Source: Vicugna vicugna
Taxonomy: Eukaryota
Length of the DNA: 64,000 nt
Direction: 5' to 3'
Assembly (NCBI GenBank): GCA_013265495.1
Contig: MU058645.1
Location: 310,001-374,000 of the forward strand
Shown here: one piece after another, positions 1-13,500 of the stretch
Position numbering within the stretch: the first letter of the stretch is position 1
Layout: the number at the start of each line of letters is the position of its first letter
The notes under the pieces: generated by a model
The model's database searches: none
Seen by the model: the letters and a program-made list of their open reading frames with translations, nothing else
What the model was told of the DNA's origin: nothing
Translations under genes and position numbers: made by a program

Positions 1-3000
1 CTGAAAGGGAAAAAAAAAAAAAAAGCTAGAATGGGGCGTGTATAATACAAGAAAAATAATAGCAGAGAATTTTCCAAAATTAATGAAAGACAACAAACCA
101 TAAATCCAAGAAACTCAGAAGTTCCCAAGCCAATGGAATATTGGGAAAAGAATCAGAAAACAAAAAGTCTAGGCATTATAACCAAACTTTGCAAACCAAA
201 GGTAAATAAAAACAATCAGAAATGCAGGCAGAGTAAAAAGGAAATATGACATAAAGAGGAGCAAAAACAAAACAAAATAAAGAAGGAATTGAGCACACTG
301 CACATCTGAGAGTAGGCAAATCAGAAGACAATGGAGTTGGCATCTTTAAAATACTTAAAGAACAAAACTAACAACCAGTAATTCTTTGCTCAGTGAAAAT
401 ATCCTTTATATTATTTGCAGAAACCCTTCTATGAAGAATAGAAATAAACACATAAGGCATGCTCAGCATGATTAAGTCTATAAGGAAATGCAAGTCAGAT
501 TCACAATGAGATATTACTACGCCCTCACTAGAAAGCCTAACATTAAAAATTATAAATGAGCCACATTTATTTTTGTCATAACAGCAAGTGATTAGGCTAC
601 AAAATAACTGGAATTTGTGTATATTTCTTGAGGAAATGCAAAATGGTGATGTCATTTTGGGAAACATACAATTAACACTGAAGCAATATTGTCATCTTAA
701 ATATTTACCTAAGGGAAAATTTTTATAAATCTTCAAAAAATGTGTACACAAATGTTTATAGGATCTATATTTATAATAGCTGAAAAAATGAAAATATCCA
801 CTAAGTTATGAATAAACAAAATATAGTGTGTAAGTGCTAAAAATAAGTCTTCTATTAATTTACAAATACTGTGATGCATCCATACAGTGAAATAAAACTC
901 AGCATTAAAACATTTTATATAAAATAAATAAGCCACAAGGATATATTATACAGCATGTCAATATTTTATAACTTTAAGTGAAGTAACCTATTAAAATATT
1001 AAGTACATTGTATACTTTGAACTAATATAATATTGTAAATTTACTATACTTCAATAAAAAATTAATAAATGACTGAAACATAAAAAAAAGAAAGAATGGA
1101 TCGCAAAAGCATCTTACAGACACACACACAAAAAAACTTACAAAAGATATGATTCCACTTAAAAGACATTCTGAACAAATGAATCTGTAACAAAAGTCAG
1201 ATCTGTGGCTGCCAGGGCTGGTTGTTGGAGACAGTGGGGACAGACAGCAAGAAGTGTGGTAGGATGAATAATGGTCCCCAAAGATGAACAATTCCTAATT
1301 CCCAGGATTGTGGATGATACCTTGTGGAGCAAAAGGGACTTTGCAAATGTCATTAAATTAAGAATCTTGATACGGAAAGATTTTCTAGGATTATCAAGAT
1401 GGGCCAGCTAATCACAAGGGTCTTCTTAAGAGGGATGTGGAAAGAGTCACAGCAAGAGGGAGAAAGCAATTTAATAAAGGAAGCAAAAACTAGAGTGATG
1501 CAGCAGTGAGTCAGGGAGCGAAGAAGTGCCAGAAGTCTCCAGAAGCTTGAAGAAGCAAGGAATGTGTTCTCCCTTGAAGAAGGAAGCACTCCGCTGACAC
1601 CTTAATTTTAACCCCTTGAGAATAACTTCTGACTTCTGACACCCAGGACAGTGAGAGGATAAGCCTGCCTTTTTAACCGCTTACTTTGTGGCGATTTGTT
1701 ACAGCAGCAATAGCACACTAATGCATGCGGCCATGAGGACACTTTTTGAATAGATTAATATGCGTTTATACTTTTAACTGTGATAGAATGCTGTGATTGC
1801 ACATTGTGAATGCTCATCACACTGAACACCTAAAAAAAGGAGAATTTACTTTATGAAATAACACCATAATAAATCTAACTCAAAAAAAAAGGAAAAAGAC
1901 ATACTGCGTAAATTATAATCATATAATTGCTAGAGTGTCTATATTAACATCAAACTAACTAAATTTCTGAACAAGAAATATTACCAGAAATAGAGATTTT
2001 TCACAGAGCTAAAGTGGTCGGTTCATATAAAAGACAGAACCCTGAAGTATGTGAGCCTAACTAGAAAGCTTCAAAATACATGAAGCAAAAGTCTTAACAG
2101 AACTGAAAAGAGAAACAGATGAATCCACGATTTTATTTGGAGGCTTTCGATACTTGTTCATAATTGATAAAACAAGCAGGTAAAAAAAATCAGGAAATAC
2201 TTAAATGTTTGGAGAAAATTATCAATAAATTTGACTTAATTTATGAATGTAAAAGTCTCTTGGAAACATAGAACAGAACGTTACAGCCATTCTATCCAAA
2301 GGCACATGGACTATTCACCGGGGTAGCCTACATGCTGTACAATACAACATACATCAAGACATGTAAAAATACTCACTTTATCCAAATATATTCTCCGACC
2401 ACAACAGAATTTAGTTACTTTAAAAATCCTCAAATATTTATTTGAAAATTGTGTTTTAAAATAGCAATCATTCTAAATAAGCCAGGAATTAAAAAGGAAA
2501 TAAGGGAAATCAGAACATTTTGGAATAGAACAAAAATAAAACAGACCATACCAAAAATTCGATATATGTTTTAAGGTTAATTTATTGTTTATGAGCTTAT
2601 ATCAGAATGAAAACATATTTTAAAGCGATAATGTCCCCCACAGTTAGAAGCGAAGAAAGAACAGCAAACTGAACCTAAAGCAAGTAGAAGTTTAGGTATA
2701 AAAATGACAGCTGAACATACTGAAACCAGTGAATAGATCGTAACAGAGTAAATCAATGGAAACAAAAATGAATTCTTACACAATATCAATATAGAAATAA
2801 AAATTCAGCAAGAATATCAAGAGCAAAAATGAGGAAAAATTACTAATATTAGGGGTGAGAGATGAATAGAATAATTCATTCATTAATAGAATAATAGGAA
2901 TTAATGGAATAATCAGACAATATTATAACCATTGATATGGTAATAAAGTAATATTATATTTAAAAATTTATGCGATAAATTTGAGGATTCAGATGAAATG

Positions 3001-3250
3001 GGCAAATTCCTTAAAAGCAGTACAACTCAAGAAGAAAGAGAAGTTGAATATCCTTATATCTATTTCAAACATTTTTTAAAATTCAAAAGTCTTGTGATAA
3101 AGAAAATGTCAAGACCCTGTGTCTTCACTGGTGATTTCTACCAAATGTTTAAAGAGAAAATAAAACCAATTTCACAGAAAATCGTTTATAAAGTAGAAGA
3201 CTCACCACACGAATTTTTGAAGTCAGCGTTAATCTAAAACTATGAGTATA
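1..3250 (+). mobile_element. Old L1 (L1M-type) fragments, interrupted by a MaLR LTR
   Basis: A-rich sequence with decayed L1 ORF1/ORF2-like motifs (gagaattttccaaaattaatgaaaga; gatgaaatgggcaaattcctt; ttcactggtgatttctaccaaatgtttaaaga). Confidence 0.7.
1255..1725 (+). mobile_element. MaLR solo LTR (MLT1C/D-like)
   Basis: Starts tgtggtaggatgaataatggtccccaaagat and ends ttgttacagcagcaatagcacactaatgca. Confidence 0.8.
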
Positions 3251-5264
3251 CAGAGATAATGCAAGAAAAAAACTACAAATCTGAACAGAGAAAATGTCCT
3301 TTGTAAGATCCGAGCAAACTGATTCCTGCTGTTTATCACAAGGGTAATGCATCATGACCAAGTTCAGATGGGAGCAACTCAACATGGAAATCTAGACTGT
3401 ACCCTAGATACAGCAGAGGATGCTGAAGAGAGAACTAGAATTTACCTCAAGTGAAGATTAACTATTCGACCACAAAGTCGTACTGCCAAATCTAATTACT
3501 GCTTAACAAAATGATGTGGATTAGAAAACTGAATTTTGGTGAACCCCTTTCATTTTATTTCCCCTCATTCATGACTTTTTTAGCCATTTGTGTTATCCCT
3601 CTATAACCCTTCAACACGTGGAGTCTGTTCAGGGGAATACAAACTGCTACTCAAAAGTCTTCATTTCCAGAGCCTCTGTGATCTTGGCTACCTCCTCCTG
3701 GACGTGAGCTGAGCATCGTAACGCTGGTGTAGGCTGGAGAACGTGAATAGAAGAGGAGCAATCTTCTACAAGTTGTACTAACGTCCTTGGCAAGTATGCA
3801 CTAGTGGTTTTAACAGATCTTTTGTTCTCATTGTTCAATATTAGTTTTTAAAGCATATTCTTAAATTTTGAATTCTGAAGTCAAGATATCCCCAATCAAA
3901 AGAACTTTTGATTTTTATCTTTTGAAACTCAGAGTCTGTTAAATTTTATCCCACTATATGGGATTTCCGTTACGCTTGGTCAATGTATTTTGCATTATAT
4001 TCTAACTATTCCTACCAACCAACATTATATTGTTTCTTTATTGTATTTCAAGTTTCAGAACAAAGGAAGAGATTTCTTTCCAAATTAAAATGATTCATCA
4101 ATCTACACTCTTTAAATATAGTTGTTCAACAAGTTTTATGTATACATTCAACTTTATAAACAAAGCATCACGAGGCATGGAGCTAAATGGCTTAGTAAAA
4201 TCAAGATAATATCAGCCACATTAGGAATCTGTATAAGTCACGTAAAGAATTCTTGCCAAAAATATGCATCTCCTAATAGTTATTGTGGGATTTCCATAGT
4301 AAATTTCATATTATAAATAATAAAAGTATTTCTCTTTGCCTGGCTTCTGAAAAATTTGGGTAGTTTCCCTCGCTTGCTAGGGACTGACCCAAAGACACTA
4401 AATTTTTCTAATGATACAGCTTGGAATGAATTGAAATTAACCAGTGTTCAGTTATAAGAGTGTTAGATAAATACAGAAAGATTTTCCTTTGGTTTTAATT
4501 TTGTTATGAAATTGAAATAACTCCTTTCCCCAGGGAGATGTTAATTGCTGTGTGATCAGCTTTTTGACTGGTTCCACCTTTGCTTTGTTTTTTGTTCCAA
4601 ACTCTTGTGTATTATTTCACACAGAGTCTGAATCCCAAGTCATCTTTCTTGGGTTTTACTGGAAAGTGTCAGTGAACTGGCTTTCTGTGAAAGTCAATGT
4701 CTCAGTCACAGCTGAAGCCAGGAAAAGAATTGGGAAGAAGAGAGTGCCCACAGGCTGAAGATGGAAGCCATCCAAAGGAGAAAATTTCCTGTAAAAACAG
4801 TGTCTTCCTCTCCCCATGGACTCTCCACTGTGTCACCAGAGAATGTGTGACATGACTGGCAGTTGCCCTAGATTCAACTATTGCTGGAAGACAGCTCTGC
4901 CATAAAGTAGTGTACAATAGAACATGATGTTTGCAGTTGGCATTTGACTTTGTTCTCTTAGTATTTTATGTGTCAGATTTAATCATTCACTGGTACTTTG
5001 TAAGTAGAGTGACCAGAGGTGATAGATCTTACCAGCCTCTAGGGTTGACATCATGTCATATAAACACTGGTTTCTACCACCACGTGAACAACTGTGTATT
5101 CCCAGAAAGTTTTATATATACACGATTTTATTCTCTGGGGCTGTTTATTCTTAAGTGATAATCCAGTGTCTTTTGCTTCCATTAAATTGTTCCATACATT
5201 CTTGGGTACTAAGAATGATTTTTTTTTATTCATCAGTACATTTTCTTAATCTTAAGAATCTGGA

Positions 5265-5434
5265 ACTTCACTGTCCAATATGATAACCAGTATCTACCTG
5301 TGATACTTTAATTTAAATTAGTTAGAATTAAGTAAGTTTTAAAATTCAGTCCCTCAGTATCCTCATGTGAAAAGCAGGTGCTCTATTGAAAATAATACTT
5401 CTATCACCACAGAAAGTTCTACTGTACAGCACTG
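5265..5434. mobile_element. MER3-like hAT non-autonomous DNA transposon
   Basis: ctgtccaata...aaaattcagt...agaaagttctactgtacagcactg ends resemble MER3. Confidence 0.55.
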
Positions 5435-6229
5435 GTCTAGAACATACCCTGGTATGCAGAAATTAAGGAATCCTATTCACACCTTATTATTGATTTTAAT
5501 CGTAAAAAATTGAGTTGAATCCTTTCCATTGAGAATATAGTTCTTTCAGCTAACTCCTATCATCTACATAATGCAGTAAAAAGGTATGGAAGCAGAAGAA
5601 CTGGCTTCAAGTCAATACTTCCCACTTGAAAAAGTCCCTTAACATGCCTGAGCCTCAATTCTACACAAGAAATTAGTATTAGCTGCCCGGCCTACTTCAT
5701 AGACTCTCAGGAAGACTTAAGTGTGCTGAGTTCTAAATAATAAAGATCAGTGATGAAGAAGAGGAAGCTGGAAGCAGGCAGACCAGACTCTAGCAAACCC
5801 CAGACTCGCTGGAGTATTGACTCCCAAGGCAGTTATTTGATAGCACAATCTCACTTTCCCACTGGAGACCACAAGCTCTTGATTTGTTACTGATTTGCTC
5901 CTTGAGATGTCTGATCCTTTTTACTGAACAGACATCCCCAAGCAGAAGAAATATAGCACTGCGGTCTCACGTGGTCCATCTGTTTGGGTAGACCCCATCC
6001 AGTACTAAATAAAAGGAGGGCACTCACACGCAGAATGTTGGAGCCGTGGTCGGGTGGACTGCTGCAAAACAGGTCTCCTAGCTGGTACCAGGAGGTATCG
6101 GTCAGAGATCCAGGCACACAAAAATACACAGAGCAAAAGTAAAGGTGGTAGAAGAGGAGAGAACATTTCTGAAGACTTGCAATTCCAAGATTACTCAGGC
6201 ACACCAGATATTTGTACGTAAATATATGT

Positions 6230-6573
6230 GTATAGTGTATCATCAGACCATCCAACACGGCTGTCCTCTTGCTCTCTGGACAACCCCTGCTCTACCAGCC
6301 CCTGCTCCTCCCACACCCCACTCACGTGGCTGACCTTCCCTCTTAATCGTAGCGCCTCATCAGCAGATGCCTACATACTTGCCCCTGGCTCCTGCTGTTG
6401 ATTGTTCCAAGCTTTGAACAGGTCAAGAGTGTCAGTCCAAGAGCTCGTTCCAGTGTGTAAGATCCCCCAGTCTTTTAAACCACTGGTGTCTCTGTTGCTG
6501 ACTCAGGGCTCTTTCTTAGGTCTTGAGGCTAAGTGAGCACAGGGACTGGAGGCCTGTGGGGTACGGCCCAACA
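6230..6573 (+). mobile_element. Possible old ERV LTR fragment
   Basis: U5-like 3' end (taaaccactggtgtctctgttgctgac...cccaaca). 5' boundary unclear. Confidence 0.35.
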
Positions 6574-6578
6574 GCAAG

Positions 6579-6579
<1 letters not shown>

Positions 6580-6612
<33 letters not shown>
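6580..6612. repeat. (TG)n microsatellite
   Basis: Direct observation. Confidence 0.95.
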
Positions 6613-6613
<1 letters not shown>

Positions 6614-7329
6614 ATATATACACACATATGTATTTATATAGTCACATACACACATGCGCAGATATATACTCAAAAATCTTTTAGAAATCTAAACAAAGAG
6701 ACTTTTTAGGGTCTGCAATATGCTAATATGCTCTGTGTATCGCCAAGAAAAGAATATTTATAATGTTTGCCAAATATTTTTTGAACCTAAAATCCTCTGT
6801 TATCACCATGATCCACTGAACATACCTTGAGACACACTTCGCACTTACTCAAAACAAGAGACTAGTTTTTTATGAACTTCTATTATTATTGAGGCTTTTT
6901 AAACAAATGTTCAATGATTCATTCATTAAACAATTAATCTAACAAACATGCATTTTATTTTCTCCCTGGCATTATTTTATTAGCTGAGGACACAGGGGTA
7001 AAGAAAACAAACTAGACATATGACAAAACAACTGAGGAATTTAGTTGGCATCTAGCCAACCACCGTTTATATTCCTCAAACTCAAGTTGAGGGACTTTGG
7101 ATCATTACCATTAAGGTAATCCTCAACCAGTAAAGCAAGGGGAAGCATTCTCTAGAAATAAGCACGTGCTGAAAATATTCCGATCTATTAAGACTGAGCA
7201 ATTCACTCTCACTTATTCCCACATGTAGAGATGAAACGAACATACTTCAAGGAAATACAATAATTTCCCAAATAGTAAACAACTTGGGCTTATTTAAGCA
7301 CCTGGGGGACTGGGGGTTTAGGGGTCTAG

Positions 7330-8400
7330 CAACGAACAGGGGGCCATCCGAGAAGGGAAAAACGAGTCAGAGTCCCTCACTCAGAGCGTGACTTTGCGGC
7401 CCCAGCCCCAGCCGTCTCGCCCCTCGAAATCCAGCTGGCGGCTCTGGAGCGGCCGCAGGGGTGTTCCATGCCTGCCGACTCGCGAGGAATGCCCAGCACT
7501 TGCAGGAGGTAAATGCCGAAGAGAAAAGTCTGTAGAGGCAGAAAGTCAGAAGCAGGGACGGCGGGGAGAGACTCACGTTGGCCCGCCCCCAGCTCGGCCC
7601 TCGGCCCCTGCCGGGATGGGGCCAGTTTCGGGGGGCTTCCCTCACCCTGCCCCCCTCCACCCCCCCGTCCCGGGGAGCTCAGTGAAGAGCAGGCATGAGC
7701 GTTCCCTGCCGTTCGTGCGAACTGACACTTCAGCCAGAGGACGTGGAGACCGTGGGAGACTGATACTTGATAAACGGTCTCATAAAAGCATCCTGGGCCC
7801 TGCTGTGATCTGGGTCCTGGGTCAGGCACTGCCGTAACAGGAGGAAGACGGAAGACGTTTCCTCTGAGCAAGTTGCTCGCAGGCAAGCAGAGGCAATAAA
7901 ACTGAGATTCACAAAGCAATTGACATATTTAAATGCGACGTTCTCACATGCAGAGGAGACCTTTTTAGTGACATTGGCTCAGCCCCTGTAAGATCCACCT
8001 TCAGGTAACAAGGCAGGTGTTACAAACGCAGGAGGACGCTGCTTCTAGGCGCTGATTTTAAAATGTGCTGTGTCTCCTGAAATTCTTCAGGCCTAATTCC
8101 CGCCTGCTCTTGCGCTTCCTTTCCTCTGTGCATCCTCATAGGTTGCAGATGCAGATAACGCCCCCTCCGCACCAAGACTGTTGCGTGCTTGTCAGTGCAG
8201 GCGCGAGGATGCCCGGGGCTGCGGCACCACGGGGTCTCCGGGCACCCAGAGCAGAGGACTCACCCGGGGGCCTCGGCCCAGAGGGACTTCTGCGGGCTCT
8301 CACGGCGGTAACATTTAGCGCATTTGATGGCAGCTGCCAACCCCGTGGCAGGTTTCAGATGGAGGAGGACTGACTGTGAGGCTAAGGAGACCTTCTTCTA
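7330..8400. promoter_or_regulatory. GC/CpG-rich promoter-like segment with candidate minus-strand first-exon donors
   Basis: Many CpGs and a GC box (GGCCCGCCCCC ~7580) in an AT-rich background. Minus-strand GTGAGT donors at 7571-7576 and 8258-8263. Confidence 0.55.
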
Positions 8401-10326
8401 ATGGGAAGTCTCTTTTCGTTAAAAAGTAGTACACTGTGCAGAGGTGTCGGGCAGCAAAGAATGCCTTCCCCTCCTTCATGTGCGCGTCCTCTCCTCCTCT
8501 GCTTTATTCACTCCTGGAGGGTGACTGGCAAGGGAAACGACACAGATGGAGTGACCCTTTTCCTGATAATACAAACGAGATCTGCAAGGTTGTTGTAAAA
8601 TTCACCTTCTTGGTAAGAGATAAGGAAGACTAATTTTGTTACTCTTGTTTCGTTAAAATGATGTAACTTTTGAACTGCTAGTAAATTTTTTCAAATTTAG
8701 ATAAAATGCTGGTTTTCCATTAAATGTGCAGAGTAAGAGAGAGTTAATCAATATAATCAGAGAAAGAGAGAGGCGCTGACAGCTCTTACTACTCATGGGC
8801 CAGTTAAGTTAGTGAAAAGATTTCTGAGAAAATTCAATCTAATGCTGCATTCATTACTTGATTACCTAAAAACAGAGTTTCTTAGATTGAAAATGGGGCT
8901 GTTTCAATGACATTGGCCTCATCAGAAGAAAAAAAAAGACTACAAATAAAAAATAAATAAAAATGCATTATTTTCTCTAAACAGTTACTGTGACAAAAAC
9001 AACTCAAGAGCTGCTTTGAAACAGTGTTTGCAACTCTGATCAGCTAGCTAAGAATTCTTGCACTGAGATATTTATATATTTTTAAGGTTAATATTCACAT
9101 GTTAAGATATCTGATAACTTTGGTGGATATTTTAAAAGATCTTTTCAGCCCCTGTACGTAGATCTGCTGTGAAATGTGTCACAAGAAATTTGTTATCATA
9201 AACGCAGATATTTGGCAATGATTGATGCCTGCATTTATACGTTAGAGCAGGTTCAGATTTATAAATGAGCTCATCAACATTCTGAAAAGCTTTCTGAAAT
9301 GGGAGAAAATGGGTGAGTTAGCACCAGGGTGTCCAGAACTTGCCCCGAGGAGTGTCACCTGTACCAGGGAGACCTCCTCTGAGGTGCAGCTGTTGGAAGG
9401 TTGGAAGCTGTTCCCACACTTTATTGATTTCCCTGGATACCGGATCTTTTCCATTTTATTTCTCCGCACTCGTCTGTAGTGACAGCAAGGAAAAGCTCTC
9501 TGCGATGGGAAACTCATATTCTACATGCCACATGTCCAGCATTGTTCAACACTGAACGAAGTGTGTCCATGGGTGGGAAGTCTCCCCTGCTGATGCCCAC
9601 AGGACACAAATATTCATCGAATGTCTAGGGTGTGTTATCTGATCTCCTAGGCACTGGGTAGACATCATTTAGGCAAAGAGATGATCCTTTTCCACTTGAA
9701 TCACTTTTGTTTTGTGATGAAGACAGACCAACATTAACAAAACAAACAAGAGGATCTCCTTAAAAGCAGCTCCCCAAATATATTAGAAATGCCAGTATGT
9801 GTAATAAAGAAACATTAGGAGCCTGGAAATGGAGAGAAATACACACAGTTTAGTAGTTTGGCAAGTTCCTCTGGAGGCGGCACTTCGTAAAGTACGAGTT
9901 GTCCTTGAGACAGTCAGGGGCGGATAGCAAGTAGACAACTGCATACGCAAATCTGGACTCACCAGCAAATGGCAATAAAGTCCTGTGGACCAGTAGGTGT
10001 TCACCAACAGATTAAATATAAAACTAGCAGAAGGGTGGGTCCACGATTAAACTTGTGGCATCACTTGAAGGATAAAAGACTAGGAATTGGAGGTCAAGAG
10101 TGAGAATAAAATAACCAGAGAGGTTAAGAGGGAAAATAGAGGACTGTGATTTTTCATAAGCTCTCTGGGCTGTCAGAGCAGAACAGAGCACAGCTCAGTC
10201 CTGCCAAGAGAACTGAGTAAAACCAGTCAAAATCCCCATCAGGTGTGGTCCCATGGATGACGTGGTGATCCCGGCAAAAGCGTGCTTAGGTGCATGCATG
10301 TATTCGTATGTGTGTGCACATGGGTG

Positions 10327-10559
10327 ATGTCATGGTTATGCTCCATCTCAAATAAAATTCTTCCTTCTTGCCAGATCCATGCATACACACTATGTGTGTA
10401 TTTGTGCGTGGTTTGGGAGTGAGAGTCAAGTGGAGAAGGTGAGTACAGGAAACCATTGTGGGCATTTGACTTTGAAAGTGAGCAGAAAATGGGTGGTGGC
10501 TGCGCATGGATCTGGGAAGAAGGAAGAATTTTATTTGAGATGGAGCATAACCATGACAT
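10327..10559. repeat. Inverted repeat with 56-bp arms (55/56 identical) and a 121-bp spacer
   Basis: 10327-10382 is the reverse complement of 10504-10559 with one mismatch. Confidence 0.95.
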
Positions 10560-13500
10560 TTTTGTATAATGACAACAATGATCCTACAGAGATGTAGGGA
10601 GTGATGGTGTCAGAAATACGGGGGCTCTCTGAAGGTGAGAGGAGATTGGGCAGGATGGAGGATGGGACATTGGTGAAGAGTTTGATCTTTCCAGGAGGAG
10701 TGATGCTCTTTTAATAAGTAGCGGAAAGGACCAGCTTGGTGTGTATGCGGTGGGAATGCCGGGTTGCGAGTGGAAATGAGGGTGTTCTCTTCTGGTGGCC
10801 GCTGCTTCTCTTCTGGGCATGTTGGGTTGTGTCGAGTGTAAGCCTAGAGGTTTGAGGAATCCTTGCAGCCTGTGGGAGCACAAAATAATCAAAACACTGA
10901 AAATTGGCTGAGCAGAGCTGAGTTTCTGTCTCAGATAGTAAATCATAAATTACAGCCCCATTAATAGGCACATATGCATAGTTTTCTCTGCAATGCTGCA
11001 GATCCAAAGAAAGAGAATAGTTTGTTCTTACCAAGAAGAGTGAATCTTAAAAAAAAAAGGAGAGATAGAAATCTTGTGATTTCCTGAAAAATTAAAATCT
11101 ACATTTTGCAGAAAGGAATAAGATCAAGATTTCATGAGGTCACCTGAGAAGACTGTACATCGGATGAGTTGCTGACCTGGAGCTAGAACCTCGCTTGTTA
11201 TCCATCTTCTGGGGGCACCAGGGGTGGGGTGGGAGGGTCTTATCTGTAGACAAAGGATCAGGGATACAGGGATAAGGTATGCTTCACATTAAGCTGTTGA
11301 TGGAAAACAGAATAATCAAAACTGGATGAGAGGGAAAGAAATAGAAAACTTGAGCCATTTTCTCATAAAGCAACGAGCATGTCAGTAAAGCAGCTGATTC
11401 CGAGTGTGACTGAAGTAAGGTTAAGCAAGGGGCCCTCCTTAGCGCCTGGACTAGTACTTAGCTGAAAGTTTGATTTTTTTTTTTCCTGACAGGTCTCATG
11501 TAAATTCATCTTTCTCCTCATCAATTGAGCTGAAATAGCAATAGTTGGAATAGCAGTGGGGCGCAAAGTTTGATGGTTTCTTTCCACTGGGTGAACAGAA
11601 GAGATTTGGAGAGATTTTATGCACCATGTTTATTCAAAGTGATCTCTGGTGCTGAAGTCTAACCTGTTTTTTTTTTTTTTTTTTTAAACGCTTCTAAATT
11701 CTACTTCCAGGAAAGGGAGAGGAAGTCTGCAGCTTTTAGATATGAAACCTAAAGGTAACTGATCAGGGATGGCTACAGTGACTGACTGGACCCACTGACT
11801 GGTCAGCACGAACCAGGGGTCGGGTAATTGTTTGCTTTGTGCTGTGCACTAAGAAGAAATTCTCCAGGAGGTGCAAGAGCTGAATCTACTCCACTCAAAC
11901 CTTACACATGCCTAATGGTGCTTTCCAGTCAAGTGCCTTGCTCTCACGTCGTAATGAATCTAAAAACAAATGGTGTGTTCCCTCCACACCTCACGCTAGT
12001 AGTCCCGCCTTCCCGATGTCACACTTACTGTCATCAGTGCAACCTTTCTCCAAGGCTCCCAAATGCATTGCTTTCTGCCATTAGAATTATATCCAGTACC
12101 ACTTTCTCTACAGATCACTTCAACACTGAACTAATTCCTTCTGTCTTATTTTGTCACATTCACCACTTTTTTTTACTCCTATTGACAGATTTTTAATTCT
12201 TACCTCCTAATAATTCAGCTTTTTCCATATTATCCTGAACACTGATGCTGGCATTATTTCTTACTCAGACTTGAACTTTATCATGTTAGTCCCGTGTCTT
12301 AAAAATCTTCAGGGTATCTCCAACTGCCCACAGGGTGGAGTCAGATCTTCATGGACTAGAATGTCAGATCTGTCCTATTTCCATTTTCAAACTTATGTCC
12401 TACCAGTTCCAAAAAGAACCCTCAGATCTGCTCAGGCCTGCTTGCCTATCCACAGAGCATGCTCTGTGTTTTGTTTTGTTTTGTTTTTTAAACACCTCTG
12501 CATGTGTACTTTCCACCAGCGGAATGGACTCTCCTGGGTCTTCCTCCCCATTGACTCAAATCTTAACCCCACATTCAAGGCAGGGCTCCCAGGTCGCCTG
12601 CTGCGTGGAGACTGTTCTGAGCGCCCCAGCCAAGGGGGCCTTTTCTGCCTCTGATCGCGTGTAGCAAACGTGGGGTGTGTTTCTTTTATATCATACTGCC
12701 CCGTCCAATCCTTTTCATTTTCATCACACGTGCATCTTTTTAAAATCCGATTTTAAATTTTATAATATTAGTGACCACGTCTTTTGAGTTCCACAGAATT
12801 TAGTTTTCCATAGGAGTTATGTGTGTATAGTTTTACAAGCAAATGAACTCACCTTCTATAATATATAATTAAGACTGAAATTTAAGTCTCAGCAAAAAAG
12901 ATACTTAGTAAAAAAAGTGGTCACTTGCAGCAAGAGACCTCAGGGGAAACCAGCTTCAGGTCTTGAGTGAGATTCCAACATGTTGTTTCTTGGTACTGAC
13001 ATTCCTACAAGCTCTTCCTTTTCAGATTTACCTTCTCACTGCATAATATGAAAGAGTGAGGTCATTTTTTTCCCCCTGGTAAATCTGAAAAAAAAAAAAA
13101 CTTATATAAATCCTTACTGAGACATTATGAATTCTCATAAAGGTTGTGAGAGTAAGTTCATCTGATCTCCCCAACCCAAATCTATGAGCTAAAAATGGCA
13201 TATGCTGTAAAGGAAAACGTGGCAAACTTTTGCAAAAAGTTCAACAGCTGCCACATAAAAAATATAAGGAGGAATAAAAGTTAGAAACTTGAGAGGATGA
13301 ATCCAATCATCTGGGACCTTCCGTTCCATGTTAACAATCAGAATGTTCAGCAGAACTCAGTTTTCATGAGTTAATGGAACGTCTCACTGTGATTGTGATG
13401 AAAATGGCTATATCCATGAGTCTTAATTGTACCACACTAGACCTGAATAAATGCCCTGCATAATATTGTACTTGGAATGTTATGCACATAAGCTTAGTGT

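Noticed and set aside
3647..3838. Minus-strand ORF ending ...VQEEVAKITEALEMKTFE as a possible terminal exon
   Set aside because: No recognisable protein, and only a weak acceptor pyrimidine tract.
7367..7919. Overlapping 97-180 aa ORFs on both strands
   Set aside because: Expected from high GC content. Low-complexity Pro/Gly/Arg products with no domain.
9246..9318. Plus-strand exon-like stretch (RFINELINILKSFLKWEKM, G|GTGAGT)
   Set aside because: Poor acceptor, no partner exons, no recognisable homology.
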